Positions 10,982-21,289 of a stretch of 43,616 bases of DNA are shown one piece after another. Source of the stretch: a virus (taxonomy: Duplodnaviria; Caudoviricetes); the IMG/VR virus record IMGVR_UViG_3300032219_003129, positions 1 to 43,616 of that record; one strand, 5' to 3'. Position 1 is the first letter of the stretch. Each line of letters begins with the position of its first letter. The position numbers and the translations under genes were made by a program. The notes beneath the pieces are model-generated. The model was not told the origin of the DNA. It did not search any database and saw only the letters and a list, made by a program, of their open reading frames with translations.

Positions 10982-11605
10982 ATGAAAATAAGTTATGCAA
11001 TCACAGTATGTAATGAATTTAAAGAAATTCAGCGTTTAGTGCACTTTTTGCTTCAACACAAACGCATACAAGATAATATTGTGATTTTATTTGATGAAGC
11101 AAATGGTGACCTCGAAGTGGAGAACTTTCTCCGTACCCACTCCCAAAATGGAGAATTCCATTGGCACAAAGGAAAATTTAATCGTCATTTTGCTGACTGG
11201 AAAAACAAATTAACCAGTTTTTGTAATGGCGATTACATCTTTCAAATCGATGCTGATGAAATACCACATGAAAAATTAATAGAAGTAATACCATTTGTAT
11301 TAGAGGAAAATTTTGATTGTGATGTATTCTTAGTACCCCGAGTTAATACAGTAAACGGTTTAACTGATGAACATATTACTAAGTGGGGCTGGAATGTAAA
11401 TGATCAAGGATGGGTTAATTGGCCTGATAATCAATGGAGAATTTGGAAAAATAAACCTGAAATAAAATGGATTAACAAAGTACATGAACGGTTAGATGGT
11501 TTTAAATCATGGACTATTTTACCTGAAATGGAAGAATTTTCATTATACCACCCAAAAACAATAGAAAAACAAGAAAAACAAAACAATTATTACGATACAT
11601 TATGA
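10982..11605 (+). CDS. Glycosyltransferase, GT-A/GT2 family
   Basis: 'KISYAITVCNE', DxD motif 'QIDADE' and 'KVHE'. Confidence 0.9.
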   Translation: MKISYAITVCNEFKEIQRLVHFLLQHKRIQDNIVILFDEANGDLEVENFLRTHSQNGEFHWHKGKFNRHFADWKNKLTSFCNGDYIFQIDADEIPHEKLIEVIPFVLEENFDCDVFLVPRVNTVNGLTDEHITKWGWNVNDQGWVNWPDNQWRIWKNKPEIKWINKVHERLDGFKSWTILPEMEEFSLYHPKTIEKQEKQNNYYDTL

Positions 11606-12006
11606 GTGAAAGAAAATATTTACCAACATTAAGTGAATTAATTGATCGTTTATCAATTACCCAACTAAAAGAAGTCTTCATTACTGATCATAAAACTGAA
11701 TACGCTGAAGAAATCTCAGACATTGTTCATGATATTCAATTACATTTAAATGAGTGTAAAGAACCTATTACAGCGGAAACTATTAGAGCAATCGTAGTTT
11801 TATCACAAATGAATCTTCACATTTGGCACAATGAGTCAAATGTTAGAAGTGGAAAATCAGGACCAAATGCATTAGCTTTAACACATGGATTAAATGGTAT
11901 CCGTAACACAGCTAAAAATCAAATCCAAGAAGTAATGGGTGGACGTAAAGATTATAAAATTGACTGTTTAGCAGCAGATTTTAAGGATTGGGAAATTAGT
12001 TGGTAA
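11602..12006 (+). CDS. Helical hypothetical protein of glycan clusters
   Basis: 134 aa, 'ELIDRLSITQLKE' pattern; function not assignable. Confidence 0.65.
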   Translation: MSERKYLPTLSELIDRLSITQLKEVFITDHKTEYAEEISDIVHDIQLHLNECKEPITAETIRAIVVLSQMNLHIWHNESNVRSGKSGPNALALTHGLNGIRNTAKNQIQEVMGGRKDYKIDCLAADFKDWEISW

Positions 12007-12008
12007 AT

Positions 12009-12977
12009 ATGATAAAAGTAGTATACGTAACAGGATGTCTTGGGTTTATAGGATCTTATGTAACTAGAGCATGTTTAGATAAAGGTTGGTATGTAAAAGG
12101 AGTAGATAAAATAACATACGCTGCTAATAAAGAACTTTTAAATGAATTTAAAAAATATCCCAATTTTTCGTTTGTACATTGTGATATAAATGATTTAAAG
12201 TTTTTATATGATTGTGATTTCATTATTAACACAGCCGCTGAAACCCATGTTGGAAATTCAATAGCTAGTAGTTCTGAATTTATCAAATCAAATATAGATG
12301 GAGTTCATAATTTACTTGAATTAATTAAAAATCATAGAGGAGAAAATGTAAAAAAACCTATTTTACTCCATTTTAGTACAGATGAAGTATATGGTGACAT
12401 TGAGGAAGGAGAACATGACGAAAATCATCTTTTAAAACCTTCTAACCCCTACTCAGCTACAAAAGCAGCAGCTGATATGTTAATAATGGCTTGGGGTAGA
12501 ACATATGATGTTCCTTACATGATTATCCGACCAACAAATAATTATGGAATAGGACAATATGTTGAAAAACTTATTCCTAAATCTGTAAAATTATTAGGTT
12601 TAGGGAAAAAAATTCCACTTCATAATCAAGGAACCCCCTATCGAAATTGGCTACATGCTTCTGATACTGCTGAAGCTGTAATTACATTAATTGAAAAAGG
12701 TAAAATAGGGGAAATTTATAATGTAGCAGGTGGTTTTGAACAACAAAATATAGACACAGTAAAACAAGTAATTACCGAATTTAACCAGATTGTAAATTGG
12801 GAAGATTTCCATGATATTGATCATTATGTAGATTTTTCATTTTCTCGTTTAGGTCAGGATGTTAGATATGCTTTAAATGATTCTAAAATTAAAGCTTTAG
12901 GATGGGATCCAAAAATTGTATTTTCTGAATCCTTAAAGGAAATAGTAGAATATTATAAAACTAATTTTATTTGGTAA
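12009..12977 (+). CDS. rmlB: dTDP-glucose 4,6-dehydratase-like SDR
   Basis: 'TGCLGFIG', 'DKITYA', 'AAETHV', 'STDEVYG', 'PYSATKA' and 'NNYG'. Confidence 0.88.
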   Translation: MIKVVYVTGCLGFIGSYVTRACLDKGWYVKGVDKITYAANKELLNEFKKYPNFSFVHCDINDLKFLYDCDFIINTAAETHVGNSIASSSEFIKSNIDGVHNLLELIKNHRGENVKKPILLHFSTDEVYGDIEEGEHDENHLLKPSNPYSATKAAADMLIMAWGRTYDVPYMIIRPTNNYGIGQYVEKLIPKSVKLLGLGKKIPLHNQGTPYRNWLHASDTAEAVITLIEKGKIGEIYNVAGGFEQQNIDTVKQVITEFNQIVNWEDFHDIDHYVDFSFSRLGQDVRYALNDSKIKALGWDPKIVFSESLKEIVEYYKTNFIW

Positions 12978-13531
12978 TGGAATTAAAACGCTACCATCCT
13001 TTATTTAGAGATGTAATTATTTTCACTCCTCAAATTTATATTGATGATAGAGGATATTTTTTGGAATCATATAATAATTCTCTTCAGGAAACGCTTAATA
13101 TTTCTTTCCCCCAAGAAAATCATTCCCGGTCTAAAAAATATGTTTTTAGAGGTTTTCACTTTCAGTGGTCAAATCCAATGTCTAAATTACTAAGAGTAGT
13201 AAGTGGAAGAGGGATAGGTATAATTTTAGATATAAGAAAATCATCTCCTACTTACAAACAACATGCTCTTATTGAGCTAAATGATACTACTCATGAAACC
13301 CTATTTACCCCAGCTGGATTTGCTCAAGGATTTCTTTCATTAGAAGACAATACTCATTTATGTTATAAATGTTCTTCTCTAAGAAATGCTTCCTGTGAAG
13401 GAGCAATCAATCCTTTCGACCCAGAATTAAAAATTAATTTTGGAATTGAAAAAGAAAATATTATATTATCCGAAAAAGATAAAACATCTGATTTATTTGA
13501 AATATACGATAAAAATCCTAAATTTATATGA
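12977..13531 (+). CDS. rmlC: dTDP-4-dehydrorhamnose 3,5-epimerase-like cupin (copy 1)
   Basis: 'DDRGYFLESY', 'QENHSRS', 'RGFHFQ' and 'PAGFAQGF' (the usual His of FAHGF is Gln). Confidence 0.88.
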   Translation: MELKRYHPLFRDVIIFTPQIYIDDRGYFLESYNNSLQETLNISFPQENHSRSKKYVFRGFHFQWSNPMSKLLRVVSGRGIGIILDIRKSSPTYKQHALIELNDTTHETLFTPAGFAQGFLSLEDNTHLCYKCSSLRNASCEGAINPFDPELKINFGIEKENIILSEKDKTSDLFEIYDKNPKFI

Positions 13532-14046
13532 TACGATTAAGTAATGGAAGAGGTCAATTAGGTGAAAAATTGAATGAAAGATTTTCTAATTTTCCCATAG
13601 AAGAAGATATTATTATATATCATACTTGGAAAGTTCCTTATCTTTATAACCCCCTCCCAGGAGAAGAAGAACAAACCCAAATTCATGAATACGAAAAATT
13701 AATTCAGTGTTCCCAAAATAATCCTAACTCAAAAATTATTTTTGTTTCTACTAATTCGAATCGTTCTACTTTTTATACCTATTATAAAGAACTTTCAGAA
13801 GCATATTTACTTCTTAATCATAAAAACTGTGTTATTTTAAAATTTCCTGTTTTTATAGGTAAAGGAATTATACAAAAAATTAAAAATAAAGAAATAGAAC
13901 CTTATGGAATTACTGAAGTTATTACTCTTAATAAAGTAGTTGATACTATAGAAGAATATGTAACATATAATGATCTAAAAAGAGTATTTACTATCCCTGG
14001 GGAGAAAATTGAAGCAAAAACTATTTCTGAAATATTAAAAGTATAA
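13528..14046 (+). CDS. Minimal RmlD-like SDR reductase
   Basis: 'NGRGQLG' Rossmann loop, 'IIFVST' and YxxxK 'YTYYKELSE'; only 172 aa. Confidence 0.6.
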   Translation: MIRLSNGRGQLGEKLNERFSNFPIEEDIIIYHTWKVPYLYNPLPGEEEQTQIHEYEKLIQCSQNNPNSKIIFVSTNSNRSTFYTYYKELSEAYLLLNHKNCVILKFPVFIGKGIIQKIKNKEIEPYGITEVITLNKVVDTIEEYVTYNDLKRVFTIPGEKIEAKTISEILKV

Positions 14047-14963
14047 TGGCTAATATTAAAATTACATATCATATAATGCCTTGGGAGATAGACTATGCTT
14101 TAATGACTTTCCTCCAATTTAAAAAATCTAAATACTATCTTAACTCAGAAGATTCAATTTATATAGATTCATATTTAAATCTTTCTGATTATATTATAGA
14201 TTGGGATAAGAGTAAATTACCTAAAGAGTTTTTTATTCAAAAATATAAGGATTTGTCTATTTTACTTAATGATTTTAATCATAAACCTTGTATATTTGAA
14301 AAAAATGAATTATTTGGAATATTAGATGTACAAAGAAATAGTTATAATCCTATTATAGATTATTATATTGAACTTCGTCCTGATATATATTTTAGTGAAA
14401 CTTTATTATTTTCTTTAATAGAAGCCGCTAAAGTAATTTCTAATAAATATTTTGTTATAGTTCCACAGTACTATAAAATGTGGGATGAAACTTGGGATTC
14501 TTTAGTTGCTGATGAATATTTAACAATTCCCTATAATCAATGGGATCAAATAGATTTATTTGATATTAGATGGGATTTAAAAAATAAATCTAAGGAATTA
14601 TCTTTAAAACCAATAAATGATAGTAAATGGTGTAATTGGTTTGACATATATAATAAAGAGTTTTATGAAAATATGATTCCTGTTTTGGATGAATGGAAAG
14701 GTTACGGTCCTGGAGATACATACGGTATGATTATATCTCAATTTGCTAAATCTCAAGGGGTTGATTTTCAACAATATGTTTTAAATGGGCAAACTATTTT
14801 TGAATATCCTATTGGTCCTTTAAAACAACGAAATATGGTTAGTGCTTATAAAGATTTAATAGCTACTAAAGATATTCCTAATCAAAGACAAGAATTTGAA
14901 TCTAATTTTCAAGAATATATAAATAAAGGTATACAACTTTTACAAGATAAAAAAATTATATGA
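14046..14963 (+). CDS. Putative GT-A glycosyltransferase
   Basis: 'YYIELRPDIYF' DxD-like loop and 'GYGPGDTY'; sits within the glycan island. Confidence 0.5.
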   Translation: MANIKITYHIMPWEIDYALMTFLQFKKSKYYLNSEDSIYIDSYLNLSDYIIDWDKSKLPKEFFIQKYKDLSILLNDFNHKPCIFEKNELFGILDVQRNSYNPIIDYYIELRPDIYFSETLLFSLIEAAKVISNKYFVIVPQYYKMWDETWDSLVADEYLTIPYNQWDQIDLFDIRWDLKNKSKELSLKPINDSKWCNWFDIYNKEFYENMIPVLDEWKGYGPGDTYGMIISQFAKSQGVDFQQYVLNGQTIFEYPIGPLKQRNMVSAYKDLIATKDIPNQRQEFESNFQEYINKGIQLLQDKKII

Positions 14964-15829
14964 AAATATTTTCTAATTTTAGACCTGAAGATAGTTATGT
15001 TTATGAAGATTTAAAAAAATTAAATAAACCTATAACTTTTTTCTATGATTATATTCCTCAAAGCATAGATCAATTAAAAATTAATCCTTATAATTTCATT
15101 ATGCTTCACGAACCCAATGAATTTTTTGGAATGCACACTTGGGTACTTAATAACTCTCATTTATTTAGTGGAATTTTAACTTGGAATCAAGAAATTTTAG
15201 AAAAATGTGAAAATTCAATTTTATTTCACCATGTTGGAGAAGGAGGATGTGGAATGATTGAAAATAATTACATTGAAACTTTTAATGAAGAATACCCTGA
15301 AAAATCTTTTTGTGTGAGTTTTTTGAGTGGAGCTAAAACCCTAGTTGAAGGCCATAAATTCAGACAAGAAATATATAAAATTAAAGATAAAATTAATATT
15401 CCTAAAAAATGGTTTTATACTTTAGATGATTTCAATAAAGATGATTTTGAAAATGGAGGGGTAGGACGTCCTAATAATATTTGGGATTCTAAAAAAACAT
15501 GTTTCATAGATACTATGTTTCATGTAAGTGTTGAAAATGTTTCCTCTGAAAATTGGTATACAGAAAAAATTGCCGATGCTTTTGCTACTAAAACACTTCC
15601 TATATATTGGGGATGTTCTAATATTGGAGATTTAGGATATGATGAAAGGGGAATTTTACGTTTTAATTCAATTGAAGAATTAATTTCTCTAATAAATTCA
15701 TTAACTCCTGAAATGTATTATGAAAGATTACCATATATTAATTTCAATTGTGAAGTTGTAAAGAAAAATCGTTTAAAAGATAAGTTAGATTTATTTTTTA
15801 ATGAGATAATAGAGTTAAATAACTTATAA
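14960..15829 (+). CDS. GT10 (alpha-1,3-fucosyltransferase-like) glycosyltransferase
   Basis: GT10 motif 'FHVSVENVSSENWYTEKIADAF...PIYWG'. Confidence 0.8.
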   Translation: MKIFSNFRPEDSYVYEDLKKLNKPITFFYDYIPQSIDQLKINPYNFIMLHEPNEFFGMHTWVLNNSHLFSGILTWNQEILEKCENSILFHHVGEGGCGMIENNYIETFNEEYPEKSFCVSFLSGAKTLVEGHKFRQEIYKIKDKINIPKKWFYTLDDFNKDDFENGGVGRPNNIWDSKKTCFIDTMFHVSVENVSSENWYTEKIADAFATKTLPIYWGCSNIGDLGYDERGILRFNSIEELISLINSLTPEMYYERLPYINFNCEVVKKNRLKDKLDLFFNEIIELNNL

Positions 15830-15835
15830 ATAAGC

Positions 15836-15866
15836 TTGGATGTTTTAATTTTCTTACGTATATTTA
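15836..15866 (+). promoter_or_regulatory. Class I promoter heading the sugar-biosynthesis sub-operon
   Basis: TTGG-N16-ACGTATATTTA in the only large gap of the island. Confidence 0.7.
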
Positions 15867-15885
15867 TCTAAAATAAAGTTTTACA

Positions 15886-16824
15886 ATGAAAAAAGTTTTA
15901 ATTACCGGTGGAGCAGGTTACCTGGGCTCCGTTTTAACCGAAGTATTATTAGGTAAAGAATATCAAGTAACAGTTTTAGATAATCTTATCTATAAACAAA
16001 CATCAGTAGCACCTTTTAGTTATCATAAAAATTTTAAATTTATTTTAGGTGATGTAACTGATAATTCTATTTTAAAACCTTTAGTAGAATCTCACGATGT
16101 TATTATTCCATTAGCAGCCATTGTAGGTATGCCTGCTTGTAAAGCTCAACCTGAATTAACAGTAAAAGTTAATTATGAGCAAGTAAAAAATATTACTGAG
16201 TGGATGACTAAAGAACAAAAAATCATCATCCCAAATACAAATAGTCAGTATGGTTCTTCAACAGAAATTATTACTGAAGAATCTTCATTCAAACCTCTTT
16301 CATTATATGCTGAAACAAAATGTGATGCTGAAAAAGTAGTCCTAGATTCAGGCAATGGAATTGTTTTAAGATTAGCTACTGTATTTGGTATGTCTTATAG
16401 AATGAGAATGGATTTATTAGTTCAAGATTTCGTATATAAAGCAATGACTGATGGGTATTTAGTGTTATTTGAATCTCATTTTGTTAGAAATTATATCCAC
16501 ATTCGAGATATTGCTAATACATTTGTGTTTATGATTGAAAATTATACACGATGTAATAATAATGCCTTTAATGTTGGATTAACAGAAGCTAATTGTACTA
16601 AACTTGAATTAGCTCAAACTATTCAAAAATATATTCCGGATTTGGTAATTGTTGAAAATAATTTTAAACAAGATTTTGACCAAAGAAACTATATGGTATC
16701 CAATGAAAAACTAGAATCCCTAGGATGGAAACCAGAATATAGTTTAGAAGATGGTATTCAAGAATTGATTCAAGGTTATCAATTAATTCAAAAATATAAA
16801 AATAAAGATTTTACTAACCTATAA
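15886..16824 (+). CDS. NAD-dependent nucleotide-sugar epimerase/dehydratase
   Basis: 'TGGAGYLG', 'LAAIVG', 'LYAETK', 'LRLATVFG' and 'RNYIHIRD'. Confidence 0.9.
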   Translation: MKKVLITGGAGYLGSVLTEVLLGKEYQVTVLDNLIYKQTSVAPFSYHKNFKFILGDVTDNSILKPLVESHDVIIPLAAIVGMPACKAQPELTVKVNYEQVKNITEWMTKEQKIIIPNTNSQYGSSTEIITEESSFKPLSLYAETKCDAEKVVLDSGNGIVLRLATVFGMSYRMRMDLLVQDFVYKAMTDGYLVLFESHFVRNYIHIRDIANTFVFMIENYTRCNNNAFNVGLTEANCTKLELAQTIQKYIPDLVIVENNFKQDFDQRNYMVSNEKLESLGWKPEYSLEDGIQELIQGYQLIQKYKNKDFTNL

Positions 16825-16835
16825 TTTAAACCCCA

Positions 16836-17609
16836 ATGTCTAACCAAGAATTAGAAAAAATTGCTAAATCAGTTAGGAAAGAAGTTTTTAAGTTCAAAAC
16901 TAGAACAGGAAACGGACACCTAGCAAGTTGTTTAAGCACAGTAGATGTCATTGTATCTTTATACTATGACCAAATTACACCATTTGATCATACTAAAGAT
17001 ATTCTCCTTTTTAGTAAAGCTCATGGTTCACCAGTAGTATATCCTATTTTAGCAGATTTAGGATATTATCCTAAAGATGAATTGGATAAATATTGTACCC
17101 CTGAAGGAATCCTTCGTCTCCACTCAGATCAATCTATTCCAGGATGCCATTTTGTTGGAGGGAGTTTAGGAAATGGAATTGGATATGCTGCAGGAGTAGC
17201 TATGGCTAACAAAGATAAAAAAGTATATGTTGTACTAGGGGATGCTGAATTATATGAAGGAGCAGTTTGGGAAACTATGATGTTTATTAATCATCATAAT
17301 TTAACAAATATGACTCTTATTATTGATAGAAACCAATTAGGTATTTTAGGAGCTACAGAAGAATTATTAAAATTAGAACCTTTAGCTTATAAGTTTCGTT
17401 CATTTGGATTTGAAACATTAGTTGTAGATGGTCACAATTTTGATTCCATCCGATCATCATTTACTCACCAATCAGAAAACCCTAAAGCTATTATATTTGA
17501 TACTATTAAAGGTAAAGGTGTAAGTTATATGGAAGGTAAATATGAATATCACACTATTATCCCAAAAAGCGAACAAGATATTAATAATGGATTAAACGAA
17601 TTATCATGA
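16836..17609 (+). CDS. Transketolase-like ThDP enzyme, N-terminal subunit
   Basis: 'GHLASCLS', 'SKAHG', 'GSLGNG', ThDP motif 'GDAE..EG..WE...IDRN' and 'TIKGKG'. Confidence 0.92.
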   Translation: MSNQELEKIAKSVRKEVFKFKTRTGNGHLASCLSTVDVIVSLYYDQITPFDHTKDILLFSKAHGSPVVYPILADLGYYPKDELDKYCTPEGILRLHSDQSIPGCHFVGGSLGNGIGYAAGVAMANKDKKVYVVLGDAELYEGAVWETMMFINHHNLTNMTLIIDRNQLGILGATEELLKLEPLAYKFRSFGFETLVVDGHNFDSIRSSFTHQSENPKAIIFDTIKGKGVSYMEGKYEYHTIIPKSEQDINNGLNELS

Positions 17610-18544
17610 AAACACAAAGAGACATTTTTATAAACGATTTATACGAACAAGCCCAAACTGATAAAGATATCATCTTAATATCAGTCGATATGGGAGCTCC
17701 AGCTTTAGATATTTGGAGAGAGACTTTACCTGATCAATTTATTGCTGCCGGGATTTCAGAACAAAATGCAATAAATGTAGCAGCTGGTTTAGCTAATTCT
17801 GGAAAGAAAGTTTATGTTTATTTTATGGCTGCTTGGGTAGCACGTTGTTTTGAACAAATTAGATATTCATGTGCTATGGCTAATAATCCTATTACTATTT
17901 TAGGTAATGGAGTAGCTTTAGGTTATGCACCTGCTGGTCCCGCTCACGAACCAAATGAAGATATTGCATACATGAGATCTATTAATGGGATCGAAATTTG
18001 GTCCCCTTCTAATCTTCAATCAACTCAAGAATTAGTTAAATTAACCCTTGAAAAACCCGCTTTAAGATATATTCGTTTAGAACGAACATTCGCTAAAGAA
18101 ATTGAAGATTATACATATAATATTGATAATACTGTTTATCCTATTAAAAAATCTATTCAAACAGATTTTACAAAACCACGTGTTGTAATTTTATCTAGTG
18201 GTTATATGTTAGGTAGAGCATATAAAGTTTGGGAAGAATTAAACCAAACTTATCAAATTGATATTTATGATCTTTGGAAAATTAAACCTCTAAATACTGT
18301 TAGGCTTAATGAAGTATTAGAAGGTTATACCCATATTGTAACTCTTGAAGAACAAACCCTTGATGGAGGATTTGGATCAGCTGTATGTGAAAGTATCTGT
18401 GATAATGATATTAATATTAGAGTTCTTCGTTTAGGATTACCTTCAAAATTTATTTTTGAAAATGGAACTAGAGATCATTTACTTAACACCAATGGACTTT
18501 CAGTAGATAAAATTATAAATAAAATTATTACTTTTGTAAAATGA
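17606..18544 (+). CDS. Transketolase-like ThDP enzyme, C-terminal subunit
   Basis: 'GISEQN', 'RCFEQIR', 'GPAH', 'YIRL' and 'TLEEQ..GGFGS'. Confidence 0.92.
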   Translation: MKTQRDIFINDLYEQAQTDKDIILISVDMGAPALDIWRETLPDQFIAAGISEQNAINVAAGLANSGKKVYVYFMAAWVARCFEQIRYSCAMANNPITILGNGVALGYAPAGPAHEPNEDIAYMRSINGIEIWSPSNLQSTQELVKLTLEKPALRYIRLERTFAKEIEDYTYNIDNTVYPIKKSIQTDFTKPRVVILSSGYMLGRAYKVWEELNQTYQIDIYDLWKIKPLNTVRLNEVLEGYTHIVTLEEQTLDGGFGSAVCESICDNDINIRVLRLGLPSKFIFENGTRDHLLNTNGLSVDKIINKIITFVK

Positions 18545-19044
18545 AAAAAAATATATTCCCTGAAATAAAAGAATATACTCCATCTTCATTTGAAGATTTT
18601 AGAGGAGAATTATATACTACTTGGAAAAAAGACGAATTTACTTCTATATTTGGAAAAGAATTAGAATTTATCCATGATAAAACCTCAGTATCTAAAAAAC
18701 ATGTTTTAAGAGGAATCCATGGAGATTTAAAATCATGGAAGCTTATGATTTGTAATTATGGTGAATTATATTATGTAGTTGTAGATAATAGACCAGATTC
18801 ACCAACATATAAACAATGGGATTGGGATACCTTAACATCTAAAAACAGAAAAATGCTCCTAATCCCCCCAGGATTTGGAAGTAGTTTCTTAGTAATGAGT
18901 GATTTAGCTGTTGTAAATTATAAATGGGCATATTCCGGAACTTATCCTGATGTTGAAGATCAATTTACACTCCAATGGAATTCACCCGAATATAATATTC
19001 ACTGGCCAATAACTAATCCAATTTTATCAGAAAGAGATGCATAA
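18541..19044 (+). CDS. rmlC: RmlC-like sugar epimerase (copy 2)
   Basis: 'EDFRG', 'VLRGIHGD', 'VVDNRPDSPTY' and 'NPILSERD'. Confidence 0.8.
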   Translation: MKKNIFPEIKEYTPSSFEDFRGELYTTWKKDEFTSIFGKELEFIHDKTSVSKKHVLRGIHGDLKSWKLMICNYGELYYVVVDNRPDSPTYKQWDWDTLTSKNRKMLLIPPGFGSSFLVMSDLAVVNYKWAYSGTYPDVEDQFTLQWNSPEYNIHWPITNPILSERDA

Positions 19045-20578
19045 TTTAGACGTATTATTTATTAATCCGGGTAACGCCTCGGAAATTTATCAAGATTTAT
19101 CCAAAAACTATGCTGCTATTGAAACGCCAACATGGGCTTTATTATTAGCAGAATCTTGTAGATCTATCGGACACAAAGTAGCTATTATTGATGTAAATGC
19201 CGAACAAATTAAAAATATTGAGGTTATTGAAAGAATTAAAACCTATAACCCTAAATTAATATGTTTTGTTGTTTACGGTCAAAACGTAAATGCTGGAACT
19301 GTTAGTATGAGTGGAGCTGTTAAACTATCAACAGACATTAAAACCTCAGGAATAAATATTCCTATTGGTTATGTGGGTTCTTATGTTCAGTCATTACCTA
19401 AAAAATCTCTTTTAGAAGAACCTTCTATAGATTTTGTGTTTATGAATGAAGGGGTTTATTCTTTAAGAAATTTATTATCTCAAAATGAAATTAATATTGA
19501 TAATTTAGAAGATATTAAAGGCATTGCTTGGAGAAAAAATGGAGAAATTGTATTTAATGCGCCTGAAAAAGTAGTTCCAACAGAAAGAATGGATATTGAT
19601 CTTCCTGGGTATGCTTGGGATTTATTACCTTATAAAGAACGTCCACTTGACTTATATAGAGCTCCGATGTGGCATGCTGAATATGATCCTAATAAACGTT
19701 CCCCATATGCTGCATTACAAACTTCTTTAGGGTGCCAATTTGGGTGTTCATTTTGTATGATTAATATCATTAATCGTGATGACAATGATGAAATTGGAGT
19801 TGCTAGCAATTATAGTCGAATGAGATTTTGGTCTCCTGAATTTATGATTAAAGAATTTGATAAACTAGTAGCAATGGGAGTAGAAACAATTCGTATAGTA
19901 GATGAAATGTTTCTTTTAAATAAAAAATACTATGTTCCTTTATGTGAAATGATTAGAGATAGAGGATATGGTAAATTTCTTAGAATGTGGGCTTATTCAC
20001 GAGTAGATACTGTTACTGATCCTGAACGTTTAAAATTAGTAAGAGAAGCAGGAATTAGATGGTTATGTTTAGGTATTGAAAGTGCTGATAGGAATGTAAG
20101 GTTAGAAGTATCTAAAGGAAAATTCCAAGATGTAGATATTGCTCGAGTAATAGAACAAGTACATAATGCCGATATTGAAGTAATGGCCAACTACATTGTA
20201 GGACTACCAGGTGATACTCATGAATCAATGCAAAAAACATTAGATTTATCTTTAGAATTATGCACATCAGGATGGAATACATACGCCGCTATGGCCCTTC
20301 CAGGAAGTCAATTATATAAAACCTCAGTAGAAAAAGGATATAAACTTCCAGATTCATATACTGGTTATTCATTTCATGCTTATGATACTCAACCAATGCC
20401 TACTGATACTCTAACAGCTGCTGAAATTCTTGCATTTAGAGATAAAGCTTATGATATTTACCATACTGATCCTAAATTTTTATCTCGTATTGAAAAACTT
20501 TTTGGTAAAGAAGCAGCTGATAATATCAAAGAAATGACTAAAATTAAATTAAAAAGAAAAATTATAGAAAACGCATGA
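19037..20578 (+). CDS. Cobalamin-binding radical SAM enzyme
   Basis: N-terminal B12-binding-type domain ('LFINPG...AIIDVNAE'), CxxxCxxC 'GCQFGCSFC', 'DEMF', 'LGIES' and 'GLPGDT'. Confidence 0.9.
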   Translation: MHNLDVLFINPGNASEIYQDLSKNYAAIETPTWALLLAESCRSIGHKVAIIDVNAEQIKNIEVIERIKTYNPKLICFVVYGQNVNAGTVSMSGAVKLSTDIKTSGINIPIGYVGSYVQSLPKKSLLEEPSIDFVFMNEGVYSLRNLLSQNEINIDNLEDIKGIAWRKNGEIVFNAPEKVVPTERMDIDLPGYAWDLLPYKERPLDLYRAPMWHAEYDPNKRSPYAALQTSLGCQFGCSFCMINIINRDDNDEIGVASNYSRMRFWSPEFMIKEFDKLVAMGVETIRIVDEMFLLNKKYYVPLCEMIRDRGYGKFLRMWAYSRVDTVTDPERLKLVREAGIRWLCLGIESADRNVRLEVSKGKFQDVDIARVIEQVHNADIEVMANYIVGLPGDTHESMQKTLDLSLELCTSGWNTYAAMALPGSQLYKTSVEKGYKLPDSYTGYSFHAYDTQPMPTDTLTAAEILAFRDKAYDIYHTDPKFLSRIEKLFGKEAADNIKEMTKIKLKRKIIENA

Positions 20579-21273
20579 TTGTAACTAGTCAACCAATTCC
20601 TGGATTTTTAGAGATTATTAAGGAATATAATAAAACTAATATAACTGTAGCTGAAATTGGAACCTATATTGGAGCTACAACCATTGAGAGTGCTAAATTA
20701 GTAAAAAAGCTAAATGGAAAATACATAGCTATAGATTGGTTCCAGGGAAGTTTAAATACTAGTGGAAATCACCAAACAAATAATATAGATAATAAACCTG
20801 TTTTTGATATTTTTAATGAAAATATTAAAGAAGCACAAGTTGATGATATTATTACAACTTATAATATGACTTCTTTAGAAGCAGTAAAACATATAGAAGA
20901 TAATTCTTTAGACATATGTTTCATAGATGCTGATCATTTGTATGAAGCTGTAAATGCAGATATCAAAGCATTTTTACCTAAAGTTAAAAAAGGAGGAATT
21001 ATTTGTGGTCATGATTTTGAACCAGCAGCAATTAATTTTATTAATTCTATTATTCCTGAAGAACTTAATGAAGATTATATTGCTCGTGCTGTTATATGTC
21101 AAAATCACATTTATCAAGTGTATGAAAATACCATTATTAACCATGAAATTATCCGCCAAAACCCAGAATTATATTATTTCCACCCAGGAGTAGTTAAAGC
21201 AGTTTCCGAATTTTTTGATAAGGATAAAATTAAATTTTATGCTAATAATGTTTGGGCTGTTGTTGTTGATTAA
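20575..21273 (+). CDS. Class I SAM methyltransferase (Methyltransf_24-like)
   Basis: 'EIGTYIGAT', 'IDWF', 'FIDADHLYEAV' and 'GGIICGHD'. Confidence 0.88.
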   Translation: MIVTSQPIPGFLEIIKEYNKTNITVAEIGTYIGATTIESAKLVKKLNGKYIAIDWFQGSLNTSGNHQTNNIDNKPVFDIFNENIKEAQVDDIITTYNMTSLEAVKHIEDNSLDICFIDADHLYEAVNADIKAFLPKVKKGGIICGHDFEPAAINFINSIIPEELNEDYIARAVICQNHIYQVYENTIINHEIIRQNPELYYFHPGVVKAVSEFFDKDKIKFYANNVWAVVVD

Positions 21274-21289
21274 TTAAAAGTAATACTAT

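Noticed and set aside
16836-18544. Frameshifted transketolase pseudogene
   Set aside because: Clean ATGA-coupled N/C subunits match the established two-gene transketolase architecture.
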